This document shows, piece by piece, positions 42,844 to 54,135 of a stretch of 64,000 nt of DNA (positions are counted from its first letter, which is position 1; every line of letters begins with the position of its first letter). Both the position numbers and the translations under genes were made by a program. Source of the DNA: a candidate division CPR2 bacterium GW2011_GWC2_39_10 (GTDB lineage Bacteria; Patescibacteriota; CPR2); NCBI GenBank assembly GCA_000993275.1, contig LBVV01000009.1, positions 2,897 through 66,896 on the forward strand, given 5' to 3'. The notes beneath the pieces were generated by a model, which worked only from the letters and a program-made list of their open reading frames with translations, did no database searches and was not told where the DNA came from.

Positions 42844-44590
42844 AAGCATAGTCGATTTTTTAAATGAAATTGATGAAAAACCAAAAGATAAGGCAGCGCC
42901 TAAAAAGAAAAAAAAGACGGTTGCTGCATTTAAGCCTTCTTTAAATTCCCCAAAAACTGTTAAAAATATTTCTAAAGTTTTGGAAGAATCAATGCCGGTA
43001 AACGAGTTGTCGCCGGATATAGTTGAGGTGGGCGAGGTTGTTTATATCGGTGATGGTGTCTGCAAGATTGAAGGCTTATCTAACGCTCGAATTGACGACG
43101 TTTTAAAAATTGAAACAGAAAAAGGTGAGGTTTTAACGTTGGTTCTGGGTATGTCGGACAGTCTGGTAGAAACAGTTGTTTTGGGAGACTATTTTGGCAT
43201 CAAAAAGGGGCAAAATGTTATTTCAACCAGAAAGACTTTAAAAATTTCCAGTGGCGAAGATATTTTAGGAAGAGTAATTTCTCCAATCGGAAAACCCTTG
43301 GACGGCAGGGGCCCGATTAAAGGGGGGAAAATGATGCAGGTTGAACGTCCTGCGCCGCCCGTTTATATGCGCTCTCCGATAGTGGATCAATTAAAGACTG
43401 GTTTTCTGGTGGTTGACTCTATTATTCCTGTCGGTCTTGGGCAGAGGGAGTTGGTAATAGGCGATAGAAAGACCGGCAAAACAAGATTTATGGCTGACGT
43501 AATATGCAACTTAAAGGGAGCCGGCATCTATTGCGTATATGTTGCTATTGGTGCTCAAAAAGCAAAAGTCAAGGGATTCACCGAATATTTGGATAGGTTT
43601 GGTGCTTTAGAATATACGGCAATTGTTATGAGTAGCTCGGATGATCCGCCATCTTTAAATTATTTGGCGCCGTATGCCGGATCTGCCTTGGCGGAATATT
43701 TTTTAGATCAGGGAAAGAATGCTTTAGTGATATATGACGATTTATCAAAACACGCCAAAGCTTATCGCCAGATGGCACTTCTTTTAAAAAGATCTCCGGG
43801 GCGAGATGCCTATCCCGGCGACATTTTCTTTTTGCATTCAAGGCTTTTAGAACGAAGCGCCAAGCTTTCTGGACAGTATGGCGGGGGTTCCATTACAGCC
43901 CTTCCGATGGCGGAAACGCAAAACGGTGATATTTCCGAATACATCACTACCAACTTGATGTCTATTACCGACGGCCACATCTACTTGGACAGTCTTATGA
44001 TGCACGATGGTATTCTGCCGGCAGTTAATTCCGGAGCATCGGTTTCTCGTATTGGCGGCAGCATTCAGCCGCCTATGCTTAGAAAACTGGCTGAGCTTGC
44101 AGCGGGTCAGTTAGCCAGGTATAACGAGGTAAAATCCTATGAAATAATGAATACGGAAATATCCATAGAAACAGAAAGAGAAATTGCTAAAGGCAAAAGA
44201 ATCTTAGAGATTTTCACGCAAAAATCAGGTATTAATTATTTGCAAGATGAAGAAGTTTTGCTCCTATATTTAGTGACTACCGGCCTCTTGGACTTTATCG
44301 ATTTGTCGGTCGTAACTAACATTAAAAGTGAAATAATTGAATTTTATCGGAACAATAGAGATAACTTTTCCGATTTTGCTAAAGGCGCTTTAAGCGTTAT
44401 GAAAAGTGTTGATGAAATAAAACCGTTTGCCGATCACCTTATTGAGGGATTTTATGCTAAATCCGAATCCGAAAGTGCTAAAACTTTAAAAAATGCCTAT
44501 TTGAAAGATGTAGAGGATAAAGAGACAAAGGAAAAAGAAAAGGCAAGTAAGGAAGCGGAAAATAAAGCTAAAGAAGGCGATAAAACGTAA
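42836..44590 (+). CDS. atpA: ATP synthase subunit alpha with ~45-aa N-terminal and ~80-aa Lys/Glu-rich C-terminal extensions
   Basis: Walker A GDRKTGKT; ITDGHIYLDSLMMHDGILPAVNSGASVSRIGG; 584 aa versus ~505 typical. Confidence 0.85.
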   Translation: MSKSIVDFLNEIDEKPKDKAAPKKKKKTVAAFKPSLNSPKTVKNISKVLEESMPVNELSPDIVEVGEVVYIGDGVCKIEGLSNARIDDVLKIETEKGEVLTLVLGMSDSLVETVVLGDYFGIKKGQNVISTRKTLKISSGEDILGRVISPIGKPLDGRGPIKGGKMMQVERPAPPVYMRSPIVDQLKTGFLVVDSIIPVGLGQRELVIGDRKTGKTRFMADVICNLKGAGIYCVYVAIGAQKAKVKGFTEYLDRFGALEYTAIVMSSSDDPPSLNYLAPYAGSALAEYFLDQGKNALVIYDDLSKHAKAYRQMALLLKRSPGRDAYPGDIFFLHSRLLERSAKLSGQYGGGSITALPMAETQNGDISEYITTNLMSITDGHIYLDSLMMHDGILPAVNSGASVSRIGGSIQPPMLRKLAELAAGQLARYNEVKSYEIMNTEISIETEREIAKGKRILEIFTQKSGINYLQDEEVLLLYLVTTGLLDFIDLSVVTNIKSEIIEFYRNNRDNFSDFAKGALSVMKSVDEIKPFADHLIEGFYAKSESESAKTLKNAYLKDVEDKETKEKEKASKEAENKAKEGDKT

Positions 44591-44615
44591 GGAAAAAGAA
44601 AGGGTAAAATAAAAA

Positions 44616-45494
44616 ATGCCGACGCTAAATGAGGTTAAAGAACAAATTGCGGTTGTAGGATCTGTGGGTGATTTTGCCAATGCGCTCCAACAAATTGCGG
44701 CAATGCGGATGGTAGCCCTGCGAAACCAGGTCTTAAACAGCAAGAGGTTTGTAGATGAGGCAACCGAAATTTTAAAAGAACTTAAATATTATCGTGAACT
44801 TTTATTTTTGGAAGAATACGAAAGAACCTCAAAAAAAGCATTTGGCAAGAACGAGAAAAAAGAGGAAAAGCCCATTAAAGATGCAGTAATGGTGGTGTCT
44901 TCAAACCAGGGTTTATGCGGTAGGTTCAACGCCGAAATATTTAAAAAAATGGAAAACTATATTTTTCCTAGAAATCCGGATGCCGATTATTATCTTTTAG
45001 GCAAAAAATGTCAGGAGCATTATTTGTCGTCTAAAAGGTTTAAGTTAAAGTTTTTCCCATATAACGTACCCGATAATTTTACAGCAAAAGATTTGATAAG
45101 GCTAACGGGTGTCTTTTCTCACTACAATAAAATTATTTTAATTTATACGAGGTATATAAACACTGTTAACAGTCAAGTAGTCGAAACTTTATTAGTTACA
45201 CCGCCAACCCCCATAGAGAAACAAAAAAAGGGTGACAAGGTTCAATATTTATTTGAACCTTCAATCGAAGATTTAATTATTGATGCTTCCGCTAAGTTGA
45301 GGGCGGCGGCATTTCAGCAGCAGATATTGGATTCAAGGCTGGCCCAATATTCAGCGCAAATGGTGGGTATGCAAGGAGCCTCAGAAAACGCCAAAGTAAT
45401 GCTTGATGATCTCGGGCACGAATATAATAAGCAAAGAAGAAAAATGATTGATAAAAAAATTGGGGAAGTTTTTGCCGGAAGCGCTTTATGGTAG
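44616..45494 (+). CDS. atpG: ATP synthase subunit gamma
   Basis: Operon position; gamma-like N- and C-terminal helices. Confidence 0.6.
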   Translation: MPTLNEVKEQIAVVGSVGDFANALQQIAAMRMVALRNQVLNSKRFVDEATEILKELKYYRELLFLEEYERTSKKAFGKNEKKEEKPIKDAVMVVSSNQGLCGRFNAEIFKKMENYIFPRNPDADYYLLGKKCQEHYLSSKRFKLKFFPYNVPDNFTAKDLIRLTGVFSHYNKIILIYTRYINTVNSQVVETLLVTPPTPIEKQKKGDKVQYLFEPSIEDLIIDASAKLRAAAFQQQILDSRLAQYSAQMVGMQGASENAKVMLDDLGHEYNKQRRKMIDKKIGEVFAGSALW

Positions 45495-45512
45495 AGATAG
45501 GCTAAAAGTTAA

Positions 45513-46905
<1,393 letters not shown>

Positions 46906-46921
<16 letters not shown>

Positions 46922-47262
46922 AAGAGATTAAACCCCAAGAGGAAGCTGAAAAACAGAACAAAGATACTCCGGAATTTGTGGCTAAGGAAAAACAGGACTT
47001 GGCCGCAAAAGAATTTCCGGAAACTTTTAATTTGGTAATTGTTGATATGGACAGGGTAACCTTCGAGGGGCCGGCAAAATCCCTCATTGCTCCCGGATCG
47101 AATGGAAATTTTGCCATTTTGCCCGGGCATACGCCTTTATTTGCTAAAATCGATTCGGGCAAGCTTTTCATCGAACATAAATTTGGCACTGAGGAATTAC
47201 AGATAAAGGGCGGTATTGCTAAAATTAATCAATTTCAGGTAACAATATTGGTGGATTTTTAA
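46906..47262 (+). CDS. atpC: ATP synthase subunit epsilon (beta-sandwich domain only, charged N-terminal extension)
   Basis: ILPGHTPLFAKIDSGKLFI motif. Confidence 0.6.
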
Positions 47263-47310
47263 TAAGTCCAGTAAAATATAAACATATTTTATAGGTACCT
47301 AAAAATTATG

Positions 47311-47339
47311 TTGACATGTTTTTAAGCATTATTTATTAT
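47311..47339 (+). promoter_or_regulatory. Consensus sigma70 promoter upstream of the WxL-like gene
   Basis: TTGACA-17nt-TATTAT. Confidence 0.5.
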
Positions 47340-47536
47340 AGATATAACTTGTTTAAGCAAAGGCAAGTTTTATAAGCAGTTAGTTTATTAATAACCAAAT
47401 AAAAAATAGCAAAGAGTTGGCAAAGGAGGTGAATATAGGAGCATAAACTTCTATTACGTGCGTGTAAATTTGAAAAAACCATCAATTAACAGGGGGAATG
47501 AAAACAAATATTATTTAAAATTTAAAAGGAGAGAAG

Positions 47537-48685
47537 ATGTTACAACGCTTCCAAAAATTACTGGTCTACACCACTGCTGTAATGGCAATGTTTGTAAACG
47601 GCCTACCGGCAATGGCGGCCGATAAGTTAGACGATACAAACGTCAGGCTATCTGAGCCAAGAGCCAGCCAATCGTCCACCTATACTTTTGCAACCAAGGC
47701 TAAAACCACCGGTTCAATAAAAGGTATTAAAATGAAATTTAGAAGAGAGGCCTCTAACGGTCAGCAGCACCCAACGGATATGACTCAAACCAGTGCCGCA
47801 AAAGGCACCATGACAGGCGGCCTTACTGCAGCCAATTACACTCTAGACAGGACAACCGATGCCGGAACCGGTATTTTATACCTGCAAAATAACACTGGCG
47901 ATACTATAAATGGCGGGACTAGCATTACCTGGGAAGTTACCGGTATGGGCAATCCGTCAATTGGCGCAACTAACGCCGGTTGTACCCCAAGCTCAAATAA
48001 TTCCAGCGGTACTTGCTACCTAAGAATTCTTACTTTTAACACCGATACTTTAGCAGATCTTCAGGCAGAAACTCCTGCTAACATATTAGACACTGCCACC
48101 GTATCTTACACTGTTACTTCCGATGTTACCGTAACTGCCACCGTAGATCCGTCGCTTACCTTCACCGTAACCGGTGTCGCTTCCGGTGCAAGTGCTAACG
48201 GTCAGACCACTTCTCACACTTCAACCTTTACCACTTTACCCTTCGGTAATTTAGCAACCAATACCCCGAAGTATTTGGCTCATGACTTAACTGTTAGAAC
48301 CAATGCTACTAAGGGCTATCAGGTAACAATGAAAATGAGAGATGACATGACCGGAACTTATGCGGCGAACAACATTGATCCATACGTTGGTAACGCTGCT
48401 ACTTGGGCTGTTCCACAAGCTTGGACATCTCCAACTAGCGCAACTGCCAATGAGGACACAGGTTGGATTGGCGCCAATACTCCGGACACTGATGTATCCG
48501 GCTGGGCGGCACCATCCGGTAAATGGGGCCCTGTAAACGGTACCGAAAATCAAGTAATGCTTTCATCCGGTCCGGACATAGGCACTGTTGCAACCAGAAT
48601 CAGCTACACTATGGAAACCGACGTATATCAGCCAGCTGACAATTACACTGGATACCTAATATACAACTGCATCCCAACTTACTAA
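47537..48685 (+). CDS. Thr/Ser-rich secreted surface protein with a divergent WxL-like C-terminal domain (YxV variant)
   Basis: Signal peptide; KGYQVTMKMRDD (compare WxL GWNLTAKQDG) and C-terminal YTGYLIYNCIPTY (compare TISWTLNDAP); paralog of 49077-50153. Confidence 0.4.
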   Translation: MLQRFQKLLVYTTAVMAMFVNGLPAMAADKLDDTNVRLSEPRASQSSTYTFATKAKTTGSIKGIKMKFRREASNGQQHPTDMTQTSAAKGTMTGGLTAANYTLDRTTDAGTGILYLQNNTGDTINGGTSITWEVTGMGNPSIGATNAGCTPSSNNSSGTCYLRILTFNTDTLADLQAETPANILDTATVSYTVTSDVTVTATVDPSLTFTVTGVASGASANGQTTSHTSTFTTLPFGNLATNTPKYLAHDLTVRTNATKGYQVTMKMRDDMTGTYAANNIDPYVGNAATWAVPQAWTSPTSATANEDTGWIGANTPDTDVSGWAAPSGKWGPVNGTENQVMLSSGPDIGTVATRISYTMETDVYQPADNYTGYLIYNCIPTY

Positions 48686-48704
48686 CAAAACCTAGTTAAG
48701 TTTA

Positions 48705-48735
48705 AAAAAGAAGACCCGCAAGGGTCTTCTTTTGA
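48705..48735 (+). terminator. Rho-independent terminator
   Basis: aagaccc-gcaa-gggtctt plus cttttg. Confidence 0.6.
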
Positions 48736-49076
48736 TTCCGAGGAAAAACTAGAATTAAGAATAACGAATTATGAATTAATTATGCGAATGAAGAATAAGG
48801 GATAAGCAGGACTTACGTACATCAATATTGTTCGACCTTGCCTGCCTGCCCGAAGCAAAGCGGAGGAGGATGGAGAACTACATTAATGCAACTTCAGTGT
48901 CTGGCAGCTGCCGGATCCTGAAGAGTAAAATAAGCAGTTCTGCGTAAGTCCCATAAAGCAAAAAGTTCTATCTTCTAATATTCTATATTCCCATACTTAA
49001 TACCTTATACTAGATTCTTTATTCTTCCCCCTTCTCTTATTGCTTTTCTGTCTAAAATTAGGTTACAATTAGATCA

Positions 49077-50153
49077 ATGAATAAGAGTTTCTGGGCTTCA
49101 AAAATAGTTGTTGGTTTGTTATTTTTTATAATCTTTTTTAATTGGCCCAATTTAGCGTTTGCGGGCACCTTAACCGGTGTTTCGGTTACTTTAGGATCAG
49201 TTACCCCCAAAACCACCACAACACACACAGCCGGATTTACAACAGCCACAGAAGCAACTTTAAAGCAGGTTACTTTCCAGTGGGAAAAAGATGCCGGTGA
49301 TTCGACTAAGCCTACAAGCTTAAACTTGGTTAATATAACTATCGGATCGGTAAGCGGTTTAAATTCATCAAATTGGACATTAGATACAGCGTCTTATAAT
49401 ACGGGACTTATCAAATATAATAATTCAGATGGCGAAAGCAAGACGGCATCCAGTGCCATAAGCATGGCTTTTGACAACGTATATAATGCGGAAATAGGTG
49501 ATTGCACTGTTTCGGGGAAAATGTTTGATACTTGTCACTTAACTGTCAAAACCTACAGCGACGCCGGAATAACTTTAGTTGATAATGCCACAACGTCTTA
49601 TCAACTGGAAGACGTGCCGTCCTTAACGTACAAGGTAGAAGGTGTGGTACAAGACACTGTTACAAATAATATTACTACCACTATAGATACCGGTTATGAT
49701 GAAATTGCTTTCGGTAAGCTGGGATTAAGAGAGGTGGAGTATGGCGCCCATAAGCTGTATGTAGAAACGACTGCTGCGGATGGATATACGGTTACAATGA
49801 AATTGGATGGGTACATACAAGGGCTAAAAGCGGCCAATAAAATAGATCCGTTTGCGGCCGTAGATTGCACATGGACTACCCCTAAGTCATGGACGACGCC
49901 TACGGGAACCGCAAATAGCACCGATACGGGTTGGATTGGGGCAAATACAAGTGATACCAGAGTAAGTGGCTGGAGTACGGATTCCGGGGGTAAATTTGGT
50001 CCCGTAAGTTCTACGGCTCATGAAGTTATGAAATCGACAGGGAAAGACTATGGAACCTATAAATATGTCACCTATGCGCTAGAGGTTAACGAATATCAGC
50101 CGTACGATTCTTATGCAGGAACTTTAATTTATGAAATTACGCCCACTTACTAA
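49077..50153 (+). CDS. Thr/Ser-rich secreted surface protein with a divergent WxL-like C-terminal domain (paralog)
   Basis: DGYTVTMKLDG, TGWIGANTSDTRVSGW, C-terminal YAGTLIYEITPTY. Confidence 0.4.
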   Translation: MNKSFWASKIVVGLLFFIIFFNWPNLAFAGTLTGVSVTLGSVTPKTTTTHTAGFTTATEATLKQVTFQWEKDAGDSTKPTSLNLVNITIGSVSGLNSSNWTLDTASYNTGLIKYNNSDGESKTASSAISMAFDNVYNAEIGDCTVSGKMFDTCHLTVKTYSDAGITLVDNATTSYQLEDVPSLTYKVEGVVQDTVTNNITTTIDTGYDEIAFGKLGLREVEYGAHKLYVETTAADGYTVTMKLDGYIQGLKAANKIDPFAAVDCTWTTPKSWTTPTGTANSTDTGWIGANTSDTRVSGWSTDSGGKFGPVSSTAHEVMKSTGKDYGTYKYVTYALEVNEYQPYDSYAGTLIYEITPTY

Positions 50154-51496
50154 TTTAATTATCCTTTTACTTTTATTATTGCCGGTGAAAGTTTTGGGCT
50201 TGCCGGAAGTAGCAGGATTAATGATATCTTCCGTGTCTCCCTTTGCCGGACAAACTAACGTGCCGGTAAAAATTAATGAAGGCGCAAAAATAGTTTTTGC
50301 TAACTCATCTCTAAACATTAATGAAAGCTCTTTAGAAAATAATATAATTATTCTCTCAAGTGACAGCAGCGAAAAAATGTTCGCTAAAAACTTCCAGACA
50401 CATAACAGTCAAGACCCTATAATTGATACAGTTGTTAATTTTTATTTTGGTAGGGCGGGGGATGCTTCAAGTTTAAACTGCCAGTTAAAAAACAATACAA
50501 CCTACACTGTCACCTTAAAAGGCGGCAGTAGCGGCATAAAGGGTATAGCCGATGGGTATAGCCAAATAATGGCTTCGGATTATTCTTGGTCGTTTACGAC
50601 AGGGGACGATACTTTTAGTCCTGATGTTAAAATTTTGTCCGGAAAAAATCAACCCAACGTTAATGCGCTTTTTTCTTTCGAAACAGACGAGCCAACCAAT
50701 TACGAGATAAATTATGGTTATGCGGGCGGCACACAAGCTAAATTTTCATCAAATAATTTTAAAAGCAGACACGATTTTTATATGCCGGTTTTAATGGTTG
50801 GAAAAAACTATAATTTAAAACTAACGGCAAAGGATCGACAAGGAAATACCAAGGAAGTTGATTTTATAATTGAGGTGTTAAATATTTCCAATGTTAGTAT
50901 CAAGATCGGCGAAAAATCGGCTCAAATTACTTGGCAAACTTCGCGGCCCACGGCAACAGCCATCGAATATGGCGTATCAACCAAATATGAAATAAAGAAA
51001 AATATTAATGAATCTAGGACAAGCCACCAATTAGCATTAAATGATCTTTTGCTTGGGCAAAACAAGTATCATTTTCGAATAAAGGCCGAAGAAAAATCCG
51101 GCATCTCATACTCTATTGATTATGATTTTCAAACGTTGGCGAATAATCCGACTTATTATAATGATGAAGGTTTCTGGAGGAATGTGGGCGGCGAAACGGT
51201 GTCTGATGCGGGTACGCTTGAGCTAGTAACGCCCGTTAAAGACGCGGCGCAGGCAATTGGTAAAAGGGCTTAGCGATGACAAGAGCCAGCCGGCAGATAG
51301 TTTTGGTGACGTTATTCTATATATGTTACTTATTATTGGGTTAGGTTCCGTAATCTATTTAAAGCAAAAAGAACTTAGCCTCTTAGGGAAGAGGGTTTAT
51401 TCAGGGCTTCTGTCGCCTTTTAAGGCTAACAATAAACTAAATAAAACAATCGATTCAGCGATAGAAGAAGAGATAAAGAAAAAAAGGGGTCAATAG
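50131..51496 (+). CDS. Ig-like/FN3 surface protein with a C-terminal TM anchor, split by a 1-nt frameshift in an A4 run (51262-51265)
   Basis: Signal peptide, SPFAGQTNVPV Ig-like motif, FN3-like AQITWQTSRPTATAIEYG; removing one A joins ...AAQAIG to KGLSDDKSQPADSFGDVILYMLLIIGLGSVIYLKQKEL (TM plus basic tail). Confidence 0.6.
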
Positions 51497-51511
51497 TTTC
51501 TTTCTAGAGAA

Positions 51512-51714
51512 CTTCTCTTTCTACTTTTTGGCAGCAAAAAGATAGCAAAAACTGCCGACAAAGCTACAAAATTGGGTTAGGACTGAGTCTTGTTCACTCT
51601 CAAAAAGTCGAACTCGTCGTAACCTCCTCAAACACAACTTTTTGAGATGTTCCCTGCGACATCCGACCTCAGCTTCGCCGAAGGCGAGACGGGAGTCCAC
51701 CACAATTTTTACGC
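51512..51714. repeat. Family C repeat, diverged copy with an internal insertion
   Basis: Shares ctttttggcagcaaaaag hairpin, aaactgccgaca, ctcaaaaagtcgaactcgtcg and cgctacagtcgga with 25289-25415. Confidence 0.6.
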
Positions 51715-51738
51715 TACAGTCGGAAAAAATGAAATATT

Positions 51739-52923
51739 CTATATCAGACTTCGGAGTTTCTTAAAGAATCCTTTGGCTGATCTAATTTTCATTGTCAATG
51801 ACTCGGTGGTTTTGTTGCCGGCATCATCGTCAATTTCAATATCAACCTTGTATTTGCCAATGGGATACTTATCGAAAGAAAAGTTCTCGGAATCCGTTTC
51901 GTATTTGATGCCGTCAACAGTGACAAAAATTTTATTTACGCCCGAGGTAACATCCTTAACGGTATATCTTAAGTTTACGCCATCTATTGAAGCGTTCAAA
52001 TTTTCGGGAGGAATATTGTCCGTTTTAACGGCAAAGATGGTTTCCGGTCCATTTTTGTCACTTGCTATTGGGATTATATGGAAATACCATTCTCCTTCCT
52101 TAGCATCCAATTCTAAATTTGTCTGATTAGTACTACTTAAATCCGTACAGCTTTTTAATTCTTGATTTAAGCAGTATTTAAAATTTGTTACCCCCGATTC
52201 TCTTAGCCAGCCCAAATTAATTTTCTTAGAATTGTACCAATGGTTAGTGTCCGGATGGGTGGTTGAAAAAATCGTAATTTTTTGAAGTTGTCCGGGTAAT
52301 TTGTTCGACTTTATCTTAGAAACTATATAATCGCCGGACGCCGTTTGTCCTTTTATGGTGGTGGAGAAGTTTTCCTTATTTTTTATAAAAGTATCGCTTT
52401 CAACCAGCTTTATGTTGGCCGTGCCGGGATTATAGTACTTAAAAGTTATGGAAGCAATTTCAAAAGCCGGTGCTTTTGAAACGAAATTATCGGGTGGCAG
52501 GCAAGTGATATTTACAAAGCCGATGTCATTATCAAAATGCCGATTAAAAACAGTTTTGCAAACGGAGGAAGATAAATCTATGGATTCGGCAATTATGATA
52601 TCTTTTGAAAACTGTATTTTTGCCTGAATAGCCGTAACGGTCAAATTGGAGTTGGTTGAAGCTAGTAATTTAACAGTTGATTTTTCGTTCTCATCGATAA
52701 AGCTTCGTCCAACATTAAAAAACATTTTAGGGTTATTCCTTGCAGGATCGCTACTTCCTATTTCTTCCAAATTTTTTTGCTGGGCATCGTATATCTGATT
52801 AAAAACCGGAAAACAAATTAGCGTTAATATAAAGATTGACATAAAAGCCCATAAAATATGAAAAGAAGGTTTTTTCACCTTTGGCGTTAATCTTGTAATA
52901 ATTTTTGTAAGTATTTTTTTCAA
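51739..52923 (-). CDS. Membrane-anchored cohesin-domain protein
   Basis: N-terminal TM; domain TAIQAKIQF...C...ITCLPP...AFEIASITFKYYNPGTANIKLVE is paralogous to the cohesin modules at 57149 and 57703. Confidence 0.5.
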   Translation of the reverse strand: MKKILTKIITRLTPKVKKPSFHILWAFMSIFILTLICFPVFNQIYDAQQKNLEEIGSSDPARNNPKMFFNVGRSFIDENEKSTVKLLASTNSNLTVTAIQAKIQFSKDIIIAESIDLSSSVCKTVFNRHFDNDIGFVNITCLPPDNFVSKAPAFEIASITFKYYNPGTANIKLVESDTFIKNKENFSTTIKGQTASGDYIVSKIKSNKLPGQLQKITIFSTTHPDTNHWYNSKKINLGWLRESGVTNFKYCLNQELKSCTDLSSTNQTNLELDAKEGEWYFHIIPIASDKNGPETIFAVKTDNIPPENLNASIDGVNLRYTVKDVTSGVNKIFVTVDGIKYETDSENFSFDKYPIGKYKVDIEIDDDAGNKTTESLTMKIRSAKGFFKKLRSLI

Positions 52924-52924
52924 T

Positions 52925-54133
52925 TTACATCCTTATAAACTTTTCTTTGTAAGCAAAGATTGTAAGTGCCAAAGTGCTTAAGATTGTTAGTATTAGCCAT
53001 GCTTGGACACTCACATAATTATTTCCCAAAAAAGACACCGTTATGATATTACCGGCACTTTTATCGCCTGCGTCTTTTATAGTTGAAGAATATACAGTAT
53101 ATATTTGCCCGCCTTTTGCAATTACCGCTCCTTCATTTTTTGAGGATAAGGGCGTAAAATTTTGAGAGGCGAAAAATCGAAGAATATCTTTTGAGTCGCT
53201 ATAGTACCCATAAATCTTGCCGTCAGTTAAAAACCCGACATTAATATGTGTTTTGTTGTGCAAGCTTTTTGATAGCTTGTCATTAAAAAGGTATCCTCCA
53301 AAGATTGCGCCAATAATTTTGCCATCTTTTATAATGGGAGTGCCGGCAGTATTAGAGAGTAAGCCATCGGAACTTCTTTCAATACTGTTGGCGGGCTTAC
53401 CTTCGAGGATTTCTTTTGCAAAGGGGTTGGAATTTAAAATATTGTCTCCAAAAGATGCGGGTTTATGCGCGCGCACTAAAACATACCCCAACTCATTGGT
53501 TATTGTAAGCGAGGACAAATCGTTTTGTAGCATTTTAGTTTGAGAATAGGTAGATAGCTCAGAAGTTTTGTTTGATGCAATATAAGCACTAATTACAGGG
53601 TCTTCGGCGATGGTTTTTGTCTTTTTTGCCGCCACATCTTTGGCAGCGCTTATTTCGTTATCTATTGTTTGGTTTTGACTTTTGGCCTTTAAAATAGAGT
53701 TTCGTATAAATTTATCATTAAGAGCAGATTCTATAAACGGCAAAATAGCTATAAAAAATATCCCGACAATATAGATATATTTTAAAGTGTCCATGTCTTT
53801 TTTTTCTAAACGTACAGTCAATTTATTTTTTTGTACGATAAAATAAATAATAGCAATTAACGGAAATATCGTCAGCCAAAACCAGCTCACCCTTAGGGTT
53901 AAAAAGAAAAAAACAAATCCTAATAACACGTATGAGCCTCCAATGAAATGCTTCTTCCTGGATTTCTGTTTAAATCCGTCAAAAACAAAAATTGTGGCGA
54001 TGGAAATAGCCGTAAGGAGGAAAAAGCCGGCGAAAATTATAGAGCCAAAACTAACAATTGCCGGCAAAACGGCAAGCGAAAAAATTACTTCAAACGGGTG
54101 GCGAATTAAAAATTGAATAATTTTTTGAACCAT
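52925..54133 (-). CDS. Polytopic membrane protein with an extracytoplasmic Cache-like sensor domain and no output domain
   Basis: 4-5 N-terminal TM helices, ~230-aa periplasmic-type domain, C-terminal TM; ends right after the last TM. Confidence 0.4.
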   Translation of the reverse strand: MVQKIIQFLIRHPFEVIFSLAVLPAIVSFGSIIFAGFFLLTAISIATIFVFDGFKQKSRKKHFIGGSYVLLGFVFFFLTLRVSWFWLTIFPLIAIIYFIVQKNKLTVRLEKKDMDTLKYIYIVGIFFIAILPFIESALNDKFIRNSILKAKSQNQTIDNEISAAKDVAAKKTKTIAEDPVISAYIASNKTSELSTYSQTKMLQNDLSSLTITNELGYVLVRAHKPASFGDNILNSNPFAKEILEGKPANSIERSSDGLLSNTAGTPIIKDGKIIGAIFGGYLFNDKLSKSLHNKTHINVGFLTDGKIYGYYSDSKDILRFFASQNFTPLSSKNEGAVIAKGGQIYTVYSSTIKDAGDKSAGNIITVSFLGNNYVSVQAWLILTILSTLALTIFAYKEKFIRM

Positions 54134-54135
54134 GT